This document shows, one piece after another, positions 18,221 through 19,498 of a stretch of 19,498 bases of DNA. The notes below the pieces were generated by a model. The model was not told the DNA's origin, did no database searches, and was given only the letters and a program-made list of their open reading frames with translations. The stretch comes from Chlamydiota bacterium (GTDB taxonomy: Bacteria; Chlamydiota; Chlamydiia; Chlamydiales; SM23-39), in assembly GCA_039179045.1 (NCBI GenBank), contig JBCDEZ010000029.1, positions 1 to 19,498 on the forward strand, written 5' to 3'. The translations under genes and the position numbers were made by a program. Position 1 is the first letter of the stretch. Each line of letters opens with the position of its first letter.

Positions 18221-18577
18221 TTCTCTGGTTGATGCGACACTGCAATGGGGCTTGCAAGTCACTTTTGGGGTGTTGCACGCCGCCTTTATCGCTTTTCCAT
18301 GCAACATGCATCTTTTGCAAAGGTTGCAAAAAGAATTCCTTCATGATGAGACATGCATGCAAATACTTCTTGCGATTGCTCGTTGTATCCAACACGGATT
18401 TCGGTCGAAAAGCACATTTTCTTTTGCCTAGTTTGCATGAGATACAGCGTATTCTTGTCTCTTGTTTGTAGGTCTGCAGTCGATTATCGTAGATGACGAT
18501 TTCGATTTTTTCCTGCTAATTCCCAAGATTTAGATCTGTAAATTTTTACTGCTTGCCGATCTCTGGAATGCAAAACG

Positions 18578-18757
18578 TATGCCCATCTTGAATGAAGATT
18601 TGCGTAAAGAAATTCTTGCATAAGAAAAAAGGTGGGATTTTTGGAGAGTTTGCCCTAGCCCAGTCCAGAGGTTTTGCACCAACTAAAGAAACGAATTACG
18701 AATCGATTTCATCTCTATTCTGCTGTCTTGCCCAATTCTTCAACTGAAATGGGTATA
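18578..18757 (-). repeat. Full-length 180-bp MITE-like repeat (copy D), inverted relative to copy C
   Basis: Ends TATGCCCATCTTGAATGAAGATTTG ... CAATTCTTCAACTGAAATGGGTATA; colinear with copies B and C. Confidence 0.92.
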
Positions 18758-18817
18758 CAACCCAGCGCCGTCTCACTAAATCTTTACGATCTGTCTTGCG
18801 GGAGGATCTAGTCTGCA

Positions 18818-19216
18818 TCACGAGTATTCGTATATGAAGGAGTCCTTTTCCTGCAGTCCCTCTACCTGCCAGTGCATCTGAAATCCTGTATCTTCCAAGA
18901 GAATTGCAAGAGCATACTTGTCTGGATGGCAATGGTAAAAAGAGGCGTTTTGCAAAGAACCTTGTTTGAGGGAAATGAGGGGGAATAACTCCTCGAATTC
19001 GGTAGATAGAGGACGTTTTTTTGCAAAAAAAAGTCCTTCGCCACGTTTGGTTACCTGCCAAGCATTGTAAAAAGCGCCTGCTGGCCCCTCTCCTGACTCT
19101 TCTACCAAGGAAACCATCTCTGTTTGTAGTAGGCGTACTTTTCCTGCGTACCCGTACAAGGCAGAGGCAACTCTGCTTACTTGTTGCAATCGCTTCCAAA
19201 AAATTTCTACTTCCAA
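18818..19216 (-). CDS. Hypothetical protein, DUF6314-like
   Basis: 132 aa, TTG start with GAGGT about 11 nt upstream. The C-terminal H-x-C-x-P-D-x-Y ... W-x-V-x-G ... KD ... Y pattern recalls DUF6314 (family assigned from memory, not searched). Confidence 0.6.
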   Translation of the reverse strand: MEVEIFWKRLQQVSRVASALYGYAGKVRLLQTEMVSLVEESGEGPAGAFYNAWQVTKRGEGLFFAKKRPLSTEFEELFPLISLKQGSLQNASFYHCHPDKYALAILLEDTGFQMHWQVEGLQEKDSFIYEYS

Positions 19217-19245
19217 AGCGTATTTTTACCTCATTGCTGGAGCGG

Positions 19246-19292
19246 CTCAATTCACCTGAAGAATTGGGTTCAATAGAAAAAAAGATGATGGA
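19246..19292 (+). repeat. Short remnant of the left end of the 180-bp repeat (copy E)
   Basis: TGAAGAATTGGGTTCA (19257-19272) is an exact 16-nt match to 543-558, with weaker similarity on both sides. Confidence 0.55.
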
Positions 19293-19479
19293 TTCTACAT
19301 TCCACAGTCTCTCTGTAAGAAGTGTAAGCAAACTTGATCTTTTTCTGAAGAAAATAGAATTATATTGTTATTCTTGCCTCTTCCTGATTTAAACCCCATC
19401 TCTTTATTCCAAAGGGGAAGAATTACGAGACAAAACATTCTAACTATATGGGGATTATCGCTATTTTTCTAGAGAGACG

Positions 19480-19498
19480 GGCCTTGTTGAAAAAATCA
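19480..19498. mobile_element. Terminal inverted repeat of a second IS903-like element running off the window end
   Basis: GGCCTTGTTGAAAAAATCA is the exact 19-nt reverse complement of 186-204. Confidence 0.82.

Noticed and set aside
18696..19331. 211-aa ORF overlapping the DUF6314-like gene in another frame
   Set aside because: It runs through MITE sequence at both ends and has atypical composition; the 132-aa frame has the SD and the family-like motif.
18149..19498. Integrative island inserted at tRNA-Asn
   Set aside because: No integrase and no duplicated tRNA 3' end (att) visible in the window.

Overview
Core-genome segment of a Chlamydiae-like bacterium, probably an environmental chlamydia (inferred from gene order and protein sequences). 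It carries pnp-rpsO with divergent tadA, a rhomboid-like membrane protein, the rpmE2-prfA-prmC-ffh-rpsP-trmD-rplS-rnhB-yicC-gmk-rpoZ-like-metG block, recD2, tRNA-Asn(GTT) and a DUF6314-like gene. Both window ends are IS903-group (IS5 family) termini. The unexplained signal is intergenic. (1) A non-coding ~180-bp MITE-like repeat with TATA ends and ~25-bp terminal inverted repeats occurs five times (3 full-length, 2 partial), and two copies bracket tRNA-Asn as an inverted pair. (2) A ~127-nt multi-hairpin (four-way junction) element with alternative pairings lies at 5181-5307. (3) An unlisted 48/58-aa highly basic small ORF with two strong Shine-Dalgarno sites converges on rnhB. (4) The rhomboid appears to have lost its catalytic dyad. 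All alignments and counts were done by eye; no database searches were run.
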